NCBI GenBank assembly: GCA_036676455.1
Contig: JAKFCW010000137.1
Location: 13,783-45,782 of the forward strand
Reading direction: 5' to 3'
Source: Candidatus Sericytochromatia bacterium
GTDB taxonomy: Bacteria; Cyanobacteriota; Sericytochromatia; S15B-MN24; UBA4093
DNA: 32,000 nucleotides
Position 1 is the first letter of the stretch. The number at the start of each line of letters is the position of its first letter. The translations under genes were made by a program, and so were the position numbers. Shown here one piece after another: positions 20,048 through 27,901 of the stretch. A model generated the notes under the pieces. That model worked only from the letters and a program-made list of their open reading frames with translations, was not told where the DNA came from and did no database searches.

Positions 20048-20101
20048 AGCGGCTCCTTTCGCCGGGCAGCCCGGCGGACATTTTGTTCTACGTAGTTTTA
20101 A

Positions 20102-20131
20102 TTAATAGGACTAGCTAGAACATTCTGTCAA
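20102..20131 (-). promoter_or_regulatory. Sigma70-like promoter for the MCP gene: TTGACA, 18-nt spacer, TATTAA (minus strand)
   Basis: The plus-strand tgtcaa at 20126-20131 gives a perfect -35 on the minus strand, and ttaata at 20102-20107 gives the -10. The promoter is embedded in a locally AT-rich stretch (about 20081-20135) that also holds the palindromes TACGTA, TTAATTAA and CTAGCTAG and a 7-bp inverted repeat, TGTTCTA (20084-20090) with TAGAACA (20116-20122). Confidence 0.5.
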
Positions 20132-20214
20132 GCTAAGTTTTTCGCGCTTGGCGCCAGCCCGTCGACTCGCCCTTCCTCGGCGCAGCCCCGCTGATGCGGA
20201 GTGTTTGCGGCCAT

Positions 20215-20249
20215 GAAAAACGGAGGGCTCCCCTGGCGGGGGCCCTCCG
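20215..20249 (-). terminator. Rho-independent terminator of the 20270..20827 gene
   Basis: On the minus strand the stem GGAGGGC...GCCCTCC (20242-20248 paired with 20222-20228) is followed by TTTTTC (plus-strand aaaaa at 20216-20220). It lies about 20 nt after the stop codon. Confidence 0.7.
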
Positions 20250-20269
20250 GCGCTGAATCGGGAAATGAC

Positions 20270-20827
20270 TTACCTGGCGCTCATGATGGTATCGACCTGG
20301 GAGGCCCACTGGGGGTTCCGGATCGAGATGCGCTTCCAGAGGCTCGCGATACTCGTATCGAGCTGCGCGCGATCGGCCGCGGCCAGCTCCAGGACGTTCT
20401 CGGCGACCCGGGTCTCGCGCTCGGCTCCGCCGCCGCTCCAGGCGGTGCGCACCGACGGGTACTTCTTCCAGACCTGCTGCTGCCAGGTGCTGACGTCCCT
20501 GGCGATCGCCTGACGCTCCGACGCGTCCAGCGCCTGATACGCCGTGTTCAGCGCCGTGATCTTCTCCGCCGTCACCGGCGTCCACCCGGCGATCGACTTC
20601 GCGACCTGCGGGTACTGGGACTTGATGCGCCCCATCAGGGCTTCCTGCTCGGCGACCGATAACCCCTTCCGGGTCATGACCGCCTTGATGGTCTCGGTCT
20701 TGGCGGCCTTCGCCGCTTCGGTGCTCACGTGTGCGACGGCTTCCGGGCCGCGCTCGGCCATTAGGAACCAGGTGCCCGCGCCAAACGCAGCGATCATCCC
20801 GGCCAAGGCCATGCGACGAATGGGCAT
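20270..20827 (-). CDS. Exported or membrane-anchored helical protein with three internal repeats (function unknown; LTxxQ/Spy-CpxP-like only as a loose hypothesis)
   Basis: The N-terminal hydrophobic anchor or signal is MALAGMIAAFGAGTWFLMA. Three related segments are visible: LSVAEQEALMGRIKSQYPQVAKSIAGW, LDASERQAIARDVSTWQQQVWKKYPSVRTAW and LAAADRAQLDTSIASLWKRISIRNPQWASQV. The SD is GAGGAG. The gene has its own promoter-like element and terminator. Confidence 0.6.
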   Translation of the reverse strand: MPIRRMALAGMIAAFGAGTWFLMAERGPEAVAHVSTEAAKAAKTETIKAVMTRKGLSVAEQEALMGRIKSQYPQVAKSIAGWTPVTAEKITALNTAYQALDASERQAIARDVSTWQQQVWKKYPSVRTAWSGGGAERETRVAENVLELAAADRAQLDTSIASLWKRISIRNPQWASQVDTIMSAR

Positions 20828-20850
20828 CTAAGACGTTCTCCTCTCGAAAC

Positions 20851-20862
20851 CTTGTTAACAAG
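20851..20862. promoter_or_regulatory. Perfect 12-bp palindrome CTTGTTAACAAG (candidate operator)
   Basis: Read directly from the sequence. It lies between the candidate -10 (20866-20871) and the SD of the 20270..20827 gene, at or near the predicted transcription start. Confidence 0.3.
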
Positions 20863-20865
20863 AGG

Positions 20866-20894
20866 ATCTTAGCGGACGATGACGCTTCAAACAA
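20866..20894 (-). promoter_or_regulatory. Possible sigma70-like promoter: TTGTTT, 17-nt spacer, TAAGAT (minus strand)
   Basis: On the minus strand the -35 is the complement of 20889-20894 and the -10 is the complement of 20866-20871, with an exact 17-nt spacer. The hexamers match consensus only moderately. Confidence 0.3.
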
Positions 20895-20908
20895 CAAAGG
20901 GGCGGGCG

Positions 20909-21181
20909 TTAGCGCCGGGTTGAGAACCCCGTGAACTCGCCAGTGGGCGCTTCCCAGCGGACCTCGACGTGGTCGACATGCGCGGCGGGAGGGCCGACGT
21001 GGCAGAAGGCGACGAGGTGCTCGAGCGCGTCGGGGGAGCCCTCGGCGATCGCCTCGACCCGCCCGTCGGAGAGGTTGCGTACCCAGCCTGTCAGGCCGAG
21101 CTCGCGGGCGCGGTTCTCGGTGGATTGCCGGAAGAAGACCCCCTGCACCCGCCCCGAGACCCAGAGATGGACCCGACGCAC
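20909..21181 (-). CDS. acyP: Acylphosphatase (90 aa)
   Basis: I re-started the gene at GTG 21181, 2 nt after the stop of the upstream hydrolase gene. Both acylphosphatase signatures are present: VSGRVQGVFFRQ and GWVRNLSDGRVE. Confidence 0.85.
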   Translation of the reverse strand: MRRVHLWVSGRVQGVFFRQSTENRARELGLTGWVRNLSDGRVEAIAEGSPDALEHLVAFCHVGPPAAHVDHVEVRWEAPTGEFTGFSTRR

Positions 21182-21183
21182 CC

Positions 21184-22089
21184 TCAGGCCTCCGAGGGAA
21201 TGCTCGACTGATCGGCCTCGCGCTGAATGCCGGCAAGCCCACCCATCCAATCGATCACGACCTGCGCGAATTCCTCGCCCTGCGCGTCGCCCATGAGGTT
21301 GTGCCCGGAGCCCACGAAGCGCACCCACTGCTTGTCCTCGGAGGCCAGCGCGTCATAGACCTCGCGCGACTGCGGGTTGAGGATCACCGCGTCCTCGCTG
21401 CCCACCGCGACCAGCATCGGGCGCGAAACCTGCGCAGCGACCCGGACGTTGTCGGCGCCTCCCCCCAAGTAGGGGAAGTTGGTGACGGGCATCTGGGTCT
21501 GCAGCGCCAGCAGCGCCTCGGCACGCGCGATGGCTTCCGGCGAATGGAAGCAGTCCTTGATCTTGAACTGGTAAGGCACCCGCACGTGAACGCCGAAGAA
21601 CTGGTGCAGCGGCCTCGCCACCAGCCGGTACGCACCCTCGTAAAGCACGAACTCGATTGGCTTCGTAACCTGCTTCAGCTGGGCCGGAGGGGCCACCGCG
21701 ACGCCCCCGAGGAAGTCAGTGCCGTGCTTTGCCAGCATCCGCAGGGTCGAGAAGTTGCCGACGCTGAAGCCCAGGAGGAAGAGGCGGGCGGAATCGACCT
21801 CGGGATGGCCCTTCAGGGCTTCCACGGCCCGGCTGAGGTCGTCGAGGTGGGATTCTTCGGTGTAGTAGCCCCGCTCACCGGCGCTGGCGCCGTGGCCCCG
21901 GAAGTCGAAGGTCAGCACCGCGTAGCCCGCCTGAGCGAGGCGCGCGGGGAAGTCCATGAATTCTTCCTTGGCGGCGAGGTAGCCGTGGGCCAGGACGATG
22001 CCCGGATGGGGCGCGGGGCCCGACTCGGGCAGGTAGAGCTTGGCCGCGAGGGGGACGTCGCCGGGGATCTGCAGGTCGATGACAGGCAC
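21184..22089 (-). CDS. Alpha/beta-fold hydrolase (301 aa)
   Basis: I re-started the gene at GTG 22089, preceded by AAGGAGG with a 6-nt spacing. The nucleophile elbow is GFSVG (GxSxG), with HGYLAAKEE and FDFRGHGAS upstream and the C-terminal His in GSGHNL. The rest of the 702-aa track ORF overlaps the ABC1 gene out of frame and is Arg/Pro-rich. Confidence 0.8.
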   Translation of the reverse strand: MPVIDLQIPGDVPLAAKLYLPESGPAPHPGIVLAHGYLAAKEEFMDFPARLAQAGYAVLTFDFRGHGASAGERGYYTEESHLDDLSRAVEALKGHPEVDSARLFLLGFSVGNFSTLRMLAKHGTDFLGGVAVAPPAQLKQVTKPIEFVLYEGAYRLVARPLHQFFGVHVRVPYQFKIKDCFHSPEAIARAEALLALQTQMPVTNFPYLGGGADNVRVAAQVSRPMLVAVGSEDAVILNPQSREVYDALASEDKQWVRFVGSGHNLMGDAQGEEFAQVVIDWMGGLAGIQREADQSSIPSEA

Positions 22090-22124
22090 GGGGATCCTCC
22101 TTGATGGGGCGATGCTTGCGGGGG

Positions 22125-23954
22125 CTACTTGAGCTGGCCGGAGCGCAGGATGGAGATCAGCAGCCAGAGGCCGAGAAGCCCACCCATGACGAAGGTGAAG
22201 AAGCTGAGGGCGTGGAAGCCCATGATATGGGGGCCGGACGGGATGGGCGCCAGCAGGGCCGCGCCCACGATGAGGGCGGCGGTCAGCAGGCTGAAGGCCA
22301 CCTTGTTGCCGATGACCGTCATGGTCCGCTCCAGGCGGGCCAGGTTGCGGACCTCGTACTCGATGCGCAGCTGGCCGGAGTTGGCGGCCGCCAGCAGATC
22401 GTCGATCCGGCGAGGCGTCTTCAGCAGCAAGTTCTTCCAGTCCACCGCGATGCGCATCACTTCCTGGGCGCTCATCATGGAGGTGAACTGACGCTGGACC
22501 ATCGTGCGGATGAAGGGCTCCGCGACGTTGATCAGCATGTAGTCCTTGTCGAGCTGCCGGCAGATGCCCTCGGTGGTCACCAGGACGCGGGCGATCATGA
22601 GGAACGAGGTTGGCATGCGGACCCGGTACTGGACCATGAGGTCCATGACCCGCTGAAGCAGCTTGCCGATCTGCACTTCGCCGACCGGCTTGCCCAGGAA
22701 CTCGCGCATGACGTGGTCGAGCTCGATGGTGAGGCGCTGCTTGTCGATGGGGCCCTGCGGGTGGCCGTACTCGAGGATCCGGTCGGTGGCGCGCGCGGCG
22801 TCGAACTGGATCATGGCCAGCAGGAAGTCGATCAGGATCTCGCGGGAGCGGGGATCCAGCCGGCCGACCATGCCGAAGTCGATCAGGACCAGGGTGGGCA
22901 TGGCGCTGAGATCCCCGTCCCGGAACTGGAACATGACGTTCCCGGGGTGGGGATCGGCGTGGAAGAAGCCGTCCACGAAGATCTGGCGCAGGAAGGCGAC
23001 GGTGAGGTTCTGGGCGATGCGCTGGCGCTGGGGCAACGAGAGCGCGATCTGCGGCTCTTCGCCGTTCTTGCGCGGGAACAGCGCCGAGACCTTGGCGCCG
23101 TGCATGAACTCGATGGCCATCACGCGGCGGGAGGTGTACTCCCAAAAGACGGTGGGGGTCCGGACCAGAGCGCCGTAATCGCGGTGGAGGTTGCTGCCGA
23201 TGGTCTCGGTGTTGGCGGCCTCCAGCGTGAAGTCGGTCTCGTTGCGGATGACGACGGAGAATTCCTCGGCCAGTCCGGAGATGTTGTTCCACTTGCCCCA
23301 GTTGGTGCGGGTGGTGATGAGGCGGGCGAATTCCAGCAGGACCGCGATGTCGGCCTCGATGACGTGGTCGATGCCGGGGCGCTGCACCTTGATGATGGCC
23401 GGGACCAGCTCTCCCTTGGGATCGCGGATCTTGGCCTTGTAGACCTGTCCTAGCGAGCCGGCGGCCAGGGGGATGGTGTCGAACTCGGGGAAGATGTCGT
23501 AGACGGTGCGGGCCGGCTCGGTGTGGCGTGCGTTGTACTCGCCGAGGATGACGGCTTCCATCTCGGTCCAGGGGGCGGGGGAAACCTGCTCCTGGAGCTT
23601 GGCGAGCTCGTCGATGTACGGCTGAGGCAAGAGGTCGGCGCGGGTCGAGAGGACCTGACCGAGCTTGACGAAGGTGGGGCCCAGCTCCTCGAGGATCTGC
23701 CGCAGGACGGTGGGCAGGGGCAGGGCGAGGTCGATGTCGGGATCGTCGGCCTCGGCTTCCTGTCTCAGGAAGGAGGAGACGGCGAGCTTCTGGCGCAGGC
23801 CGGGAGGCACGAAGTCGAAGAGGCTGAGCTTGAAGATGAGGGCGTCCCAGCCATACTTGAGGAGGATCGAGGCGATCTCGACCCGGCGCTGATGGGGGGT
23901 AGGGGGCAGTCCAGGGGCGCGGCCCTTCCCCGATGGGGTTTCAGCGATACTCAT
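22125..23954 (-). CDS. ABC1/UbiB-family atypical protein kinase-like protein with C-terminal TM helices
   Basis: ABC1-domain motifs are PLAAGSLGQVYKAKI (Ala-rich loop plus Lys), FFHADPHPGNVMF and LIDFGMVGRL. The C-terminus has two hydrophobic helices (AFSLLTAALIVGAALLAPI and SFFTFVMGGLLGLWLLISIL). Confidence 0.85.
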   Translation of the reverse strand: MSIAETPSGKGRAPGLPPTPHQRRVEIASILLKYGWDALIFKLSLFDFVPPGLRQKLAVSSFLRQEAEADDPDIDLALPLPTVLRQILEELGPTFVKLGQVLSTRADLLPQPYIDELAKLQEQVSPAPWTEMEAVILGEYNARHTEPARTVYDIFPEFDTIPLAAGSLGQVYKAKIRDPKGELVPAIIKVQRPGIDHVIEADIAVLLEFARLITTRTNWGKWNNISGLAEEFSVVIRNETDFTLEAANTETIGSNLHRDYGALVRTPTVFWEYTSRRVMAIEFMHGAKVSALFPRKNGEEPQIALSLPQRQRIAQNLTVAFLRQIFVDGFFHADPHPGNVMFQFRDGDLSAMPTLVLIDFGMVGRLDPRSREILIDFLLAMIQFDAARATDRILEYGHPQGPIDKQRLTIELDHVMREFLGKPVGEVQIGKLLQRVMDLMVQYRVRMPTSFLMIARVLVTTEGICRQLDKDYMLINVAEPFIRTMVQRQFTSMMSAQEVMRIAVDWKNLLLKTPRRIDDLLAAANSGQLRIEYEVRNLARLERTMTVIGNKVAFSLLTAALIVGAALLAPIPSGPHIMGFHALSFFTFVMGGLLGLWLLISILRSGQLK

Positions 23955-24034
23955 GCGTTCCTGGTCGGTGATGCGGGGGCGATGATTCGGCGGACACGGG
24001 CCCCGCTTGAAGTGGCGATGACGTCTCCCTCAGT

Positions 24035-25033
24035 TTACCAGGACATCACGTTCTCGGCAAAGCGGGCGTTGTCGGAGGCTTTCCACTGCGCCGTGCTGTC
24101 GGGACCGGCCTCGTCGGAGAACAGGGACGCGTCGGCGATCGCCACGACTTGGCTGCGCCCCAAAGGCCCCATCGCGGCCAGCGTCTGGGCGCCCACATCC
24201 CAGCGCAAGATCCGGATCGCCTTCGGATCCGTGCCCAAGAGCGCCTGGGCTGGGGCTGAAACCGAGAGCACGCCCGCGGTGAAGACGGTGACGCCGGTGG
24301 AGATGCCCGAGGCGAGCGGGCTGGGGCTGATGGAGGTGAGCGTGAGCCAGGATTGAGGCTGTCCTTCGCTGCCGTAGGTGCGGACCTGGCCGGACTCGAA
24401 GGAGATGCCGGCCTTGCTCGACAGCGACGTCAATGCCGCCAGGTCGATGCCGTCGTAGCCGCCCCATTCGCCCAGCAGGACCAGCTTGGTGCCGGCGTGG
24501 GCCGCGCGCATGTACTCGGTGTAGGCCTCCTCGTTGAACCATGCGGGGCAGCTGAGGACCACGACGTCGACGTTGGCGGGGATGGGGCCGGCGGAGAGCG
24601 TGGAGACGGAGAACCCCTTGTTGACCAGGTGGCTCTTGAGGCCCTCCATGGGCACTGGAGCCGAGAAGCGCTCGTCCCAGATGACCGTGACGGGCGTCTC
24701 GCGCTTGGCCAGGGTCACCGCTCCCGATTGTGCGTCGACCTCCATGCGGCCGTAGCCGGTCTTTTGCACCCTGACCTTGCCCGTGACTCCTTGCAGCTCC
24801 ACGCGGCCCGCGGCGTCGGCAATGGCTCCCTTGCCGTCCGAACTGGCCACCGCGCCCGGCAGCGCCAGGCCCGCCTGATCGGTGATCACAGCCTTGAACG
24901 TCACCCCGCCCCAGGGGTTCCAGCCGCAGCCTCCGAGCGCCAGGGCCAGGCCCAGGATCACGGCCGGCCGGGAGGGAAGCGGCTTGGCAGGAGGCTTAGC
25001 GGGCTTCTCGATGGGCGGCTTAATGAGCATCAT
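24035..25033 (-). CDS. Lipoprotein with a CarboxypepD_reg-like beta-sandwich and a DUF4350/GldG-like (flavodoxin-like) C-terminal domain
   Basis: The lipobox is LALALGG|C. The segment VTFKAVITDQAGLALPGAVASSDGKGAIADAAGRVELQGVTGKVRVQKTGYG is typical of CarboxypepD_reg-like domains. The segment VVVLSCPAWFNEEAYTEYMRAAHAGTKLVLLGEWGG resembles DUF4350/ABC-type-uncharacterised (GldG-like) domains; this is from memory and not searched. The start overlaps the S8 gene by 14 nt. Confidence 0.6.
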   Translation of the reverse strand: MMLIKPPIEKPAKPPAKPLPSRPAVILGLALALGGCGWNPWGGVTFKAVITDQAGLALPGAVASSDGKGAIADAAGRVELQGVTGKVRVQKTGYGRMEVDAQSGAVTLAKRETPVTVIWDERFSAPVPMEGLKSHLVNKGFSVSTLSAGPIPANVDVVVLSCPAWFNEEAYTEYMRAAHAGTKLVLLGEWGGYDGIDLAALTSLSSKAGISFESGQVRTYGSEGQPQSWLTLTSISPSPLASGISTGVTVFTAGVLSVSAPAQALLGTDPKAIRILRWDVGAQTLAAMGPLGRSQVVAIADASLFSDEAGPDSTAQWKASDNARFAENVMSW

Positions 25034-26114
25034 GGGCCCCCTTGCGCATGGCTTGCGTGACGTTGAGGCGCCCCAGCCCGAAGTAGGGATCCGGGCCCAC
25101 CGGCCCCAGGTCGTCGGCCGTCGCCTGGAGGCGGGTGCGGACCTGCTCGGCCGTGAGCCGGGTGTCCGAGGCGAACAAGAGGGCGGCGGCGGCCGTCACG
25201 TGCGGAGCCGCCATGGACGTGCCCACCATGCCCCCGTAGGCATGCGGAGCGCTCACGCCCTTCTTGTAGTCGGAGGCCGTGAGGTACGTCGGCCAGGTGC
25301 TCATCACCGACTCGGAGCCGTCCCCGCCGGGCGCCGAGATGGCCAGCTCGGGCCCGCGGTTGGAGTAGGACGCCAGCTGATCCTTGATGGTCGTGGCCCC
25401 CACCGCGAGGCTGACCGGCTCGGCGGCCGGGTAATCCACCCCGCGTTCACGGTTGCCGGCCGCCACCACCACCAGCACGTCCTTGCTGAGCGCGTAGCGG
25501 ATCGCCTCCTCGAGGACCGCCGAGGAGGTCTTGCCTCCCACGCTCAGGTTGATCACCCGCACCCGCAGGTCCGGGCGGGCCGGATCCCGGTAGTCCACCG
25601 CCGCGCGCACGCCCCGGGCGATCGTCCGGTCGTCGCCCACTCCCGAGTTCCCGATGGCCTTCACCGGCAGGATCGACGCGTTGGCCGACCCCATCACCCG
25701 GGCCATGATGCCGGCGATATGCGTGCCATGCCCGTTGCCGTCACGGCCCTTGTAGTCGATGCGCGAGTCGTACGTGTCGTCGCCGACCATGTCCTGCATC
25801 GGCAGCAGGCGCCCCGCGAGATCCGGGTGCCGGGGATCGACGCCCGTGTCCACCACGGCCGCGGCGACCTGCCCCGCGTAGGGGGCTTCGACCTGCGAAC
25901 CCACGCCGATCTGCAGGAGGTTCCAGCTATCGCCCGTGCCCTCCGCGGTGGCCACCACCACGTATTCCGCCTGGATCTTGTAGGTGCCCGCGGCGGGAAA
26001 CTCCAGCGGCCGCCAGACGCAGCCCGGCAGCAAGCCCAGCAGGCCGATCAGGCCGAGCGCCAGCCTCGCCCCGCGTCGCGGAGAGAGCAGCGAAAGCAAG
26101 CGTTCGGAGCGCAT
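25020..26114 (-). CDS. Subtilisin-like serine protease (peptidase S8), probable lipoprotein
   Basis: The catalytic triad motifs are VVDTGVDPRHPDL (Asp), GNGHGTHIAG (His) and GTSMAAPHVTAAAAL (Ser). The signal has a lipobox-like LLPG|C. The SD AAGGAGG precedes the ATG. Confidence 0.88.
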   Translation of the reverse strand: MRSERLLSLLSPRRGARLALGLIGLLGLLPGCVWRPLEFPAAGTYKIQAEYVVVATAEGTGDSWNLLQIGVGSQVEAPYAGQVAAAVVDTGVDPRHPDLAGRLLPMQDMVGDDTYDSRIDYKGRDGNGHGTHIAGIMARVMGSANASILPVKAIGNSGVGDDRTIARGVRAAVDYRDPARPDLRVRVINLSVGGKTSSAVLEEAIRYALSKDVLVVVAAGNRERGVDYPAAEPVSLAVGATTIKDQLASYSNRGPELAISAPGGDGSESVMSTWPTYLTASDYKKGVSAPHAYGGMVGTSMAAPHVTAAAALLFASDTRLTAEQVRTRLQATADDLGPVGPDPYFGLGRLNVTQAMRKGAHDAH

Positions 26115-26249
26115 GGCGAACCTCCTTCGGAAGGACCTCCCCCCAGCTTATCGGGGGGGCTTCGAGGGGGCCATGGAAAGCTTGACGAAGGGACTTGTTC
26201 ACCATGCCAGAAGCGAGGGTATAGCCCCCTCATGTCAAAGGAGGTTCCC

Positions 26250-27815
26250 ATGGCCGTCGAACGCCCCCGCCCCTTGCGCCGCCGCCACCAGCAACTCGCC
26301 AGCCTCGATTCCTTCATCAAGGCCTGCTACCCCCTGATCGTCGTCACCACCCACGAGGAACGCCGCTTCCTCACCGGCGTCCAGGAGCGCTACGGCGCCC
26401 GCGGCGTCTACCAGTGGACCTACACGAGCGGCCTGGTCAACCTCGTCGACGGCCGGCTCGTCCATCCTGACACCATCGGCGACCCCCTGGCCGCCCTCAA
26501 GACCGTCATGAAGATGCCCCAGGGCCTCTACACCTTCTGCGATCTGCATCCATGGCTGGGAGAGACGCCCGCACCCGAGCGCAACGCCGTCGTCCGCCTG
26601 CTGCGCGACCTCTACTACCAGATCCGGCGCTTCCGGGAGACCAACAAGGCGCTGCTGTTGCTCTCCCCCGTGCTGGCCATCCCGCCCGAGCTCGAGAAGG
26701 AAGTCGTCGTCTATGACTTCCCCCTCCCCGATCGCGAGGCCCTCGGCCACCTGCTCGATGAGCACATGGAACGCGCCAAGCGCACCGCCGAGGCCCAGCT
26801 CCTGCTCAAGCCCGAGGACAAGGAGCTGCTGCTCGAGGCCGCCTTGGGCCTCACGCTGGACGAGGCGGACAACGCCTTCTCGGCGGCGCTACTCAACGAT
26901 CGGGTCCTTGACGCCAGCGACCTGCACACCATCCACGCCGAGAAGCAATTGATCATCCGGAAGTCCGGCATCCTCGACTACACGCCCGTCGAGGAGGGCA
27001 TGGAGGCCGTGGGTGGCCTGGAGAACCTCAAGGACTGGCTGCGCAAGCGCCGCCGCAGCTACACCGCCGAGGCACGGGCCTTCGGCCTGCCCCAGCCCAA
27101 GGGGCTGCTGCTGACGGGCGTGCAGGGGTGCGGCAAGTCGCTGTCGGCCAAGGCGATCGCCCAGGACTGGAAGCTGCCGCTGTTGCGCCTCGATGTGGGC
27201 AAGGTCTTCGGGGGATTCGTGGGCAGCAGCGAGGAGAACATGCGGCGCGCCATCAAGCTCGCCGAGGCCATCAGCCCGTGCGTGCTCTGGGTGGACGAGA
27301 TCGAGAAGGGCTTCAGCGGCATGCAGGGCAGTGGCGCCTCCGACGGCGGCACCGCCATGCGCGTCTTCAGCACGTTCATCACATGGCTGCAGGAGAAGCA
27401 GTCCAACGTCTTCGTGGTCGCCACCGCCAACCAGATTGCCAGCCTGCCCCCGGAATTGCTGCGCAAGGGCCGCTTCGACGAGATCTTCTTCATCGACCTG
27501 CCCTCGGAGGCCGAGCGCCGGACGATCTTCGGGATTCACCTGGCCAAGCGCCGGCGCAACCCCCGGCTCTTCGACATTGCCGCCCTGGCGGCCGATTCTG
27601 CGGGCTTCTCCGGCGCCGAGATCGAGCAGGTGGTCATCGCGGCGCTCTTCGAGGCCTTCGACGCCGGCCAGGAGCTGGGCATGCCGCACCTGCGCGATGC
27701 CATCCGCAAGACGGTTCCTCTGTCGATCACCATGCAGGAGGGCGTCTCGCGCATCCGGGAGTGGGCTAGCAAACGCGCGGTAAGCGCCTCGCGAGGGCCG
27801 GCGGGCTCCGCCTGA
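26250..27815 (+). CDS. Ycf46-like AAA+ ATPase (521 aa)
   Basis: I re-started the gene at ATG 26250, preceded by AAGGAGG with a 5-nt spacing. The N-terminal motif [14 protein letters not shown] is as I recall for cyanobacterial/plastid Ycf46. Walker A is [13 protein letters not shown], Walker B is [10 protein letters not shown], and the SRH region is [32 protein letters not shown]. The 456-aa upstream extension of the track ORF is antisense to the S8 gene. Confidence 0.8.
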   Translation: MAVERPRPLRRRHQQLASLDSFIKACYPLIVVTTHEERRFLTGVQERYGARGVYQWTYTSGLVNLVDGRLVHPDTIGDPLAALKTVMKMPQGLYTFCDLHPWLGETPAPERNAVVRLLRDLYYQIRRFRETNKALLLLSPVLAIPPELEKEVVVYDFPLPDREALGHLLDEHMERAKRTAEAQLLLKPEDKELLLEAALGLTLDEADNAFSAALLNDRVLDASDLHTIHAEKQLIIRKSGILDYTPVEEGMEAVGGLENLKDWLRKRRRSYTAEARAFGLPQPKGLLLTGVQGCGKSLSAKAIAQDWKLPLLRLDVGKVFGGFVGSSEENMRRAIKLAEAISPCVLWVDEIEKGFSGMQGSGASDGGTAMRVFSTFITWLQEKQSNVFVVATANQIASLPPELLRKGRFDEIFFIDLPSEAERRTIFGIHLAKRRRNPRLFDIAALAADSAGFSGAEIEQVVIAALFEAFDAGQELGMPHLRDAIRKTVPLSITMQEGVSRIREWASKRAVSASRGPAGSA

Positions 27816-27901
27816 GCCCCTCGGGACGCTGCTTTAGACGGCTGTTCAGAAGCCCTGAACTCGGTGACGGATCCCACAGTCGCGACGCAAGTTCGGCGCT
27901 A

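Noticed and set aside
20081-20135. The AT-rich block as a horizontally acquired island or insertion scar.
   Set aside because: It is only about 55 nt long and carries no flanking direct repeats or mobility genes. It is fully explained as a promoter/operator region located between a terminator and the MCP SD.
22090-23292. The upstream 400 aa of track ORF 21184..23292, and likewise the upstream parts of 7683..8462, 8018..8884, 20909..21328 and 17110..18480.
   Set aside because: These extensions overlap the neighbouring real genes out of frame and are Arg/Pro-rich. Internal GTG/ATG starts with SD sequences give proteins of canonical length: hydrolase 301 aa, MinE 104 aa, MinD 269 aa, AcyP 90 aa.
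24882-26249. The N-terminal 456 aa of the 977-aa plus-strand ORF 24882..27815.
   Set aside because: This part is antisense to the S8 protease and lipoprotein genes. The AAA+ homology begins only at ATG 26250, which has a perfect AAGGAGG SD, so the extension is a GC-bias artefact.
24035-27815. The S8 protease plus AAA+ ATPase neighbourhood as an anti-phage defence system.
   Set aside because: The ATPase looks like housekeeping Ycf46 and is divergently transcribed. The protease and its partner are envelope lipoproteins. No nuclease, sensor-NTPase (STAND) or effector domains, and no mobile-element context, were seen. It is kept only as a co-regulation question in the findings.
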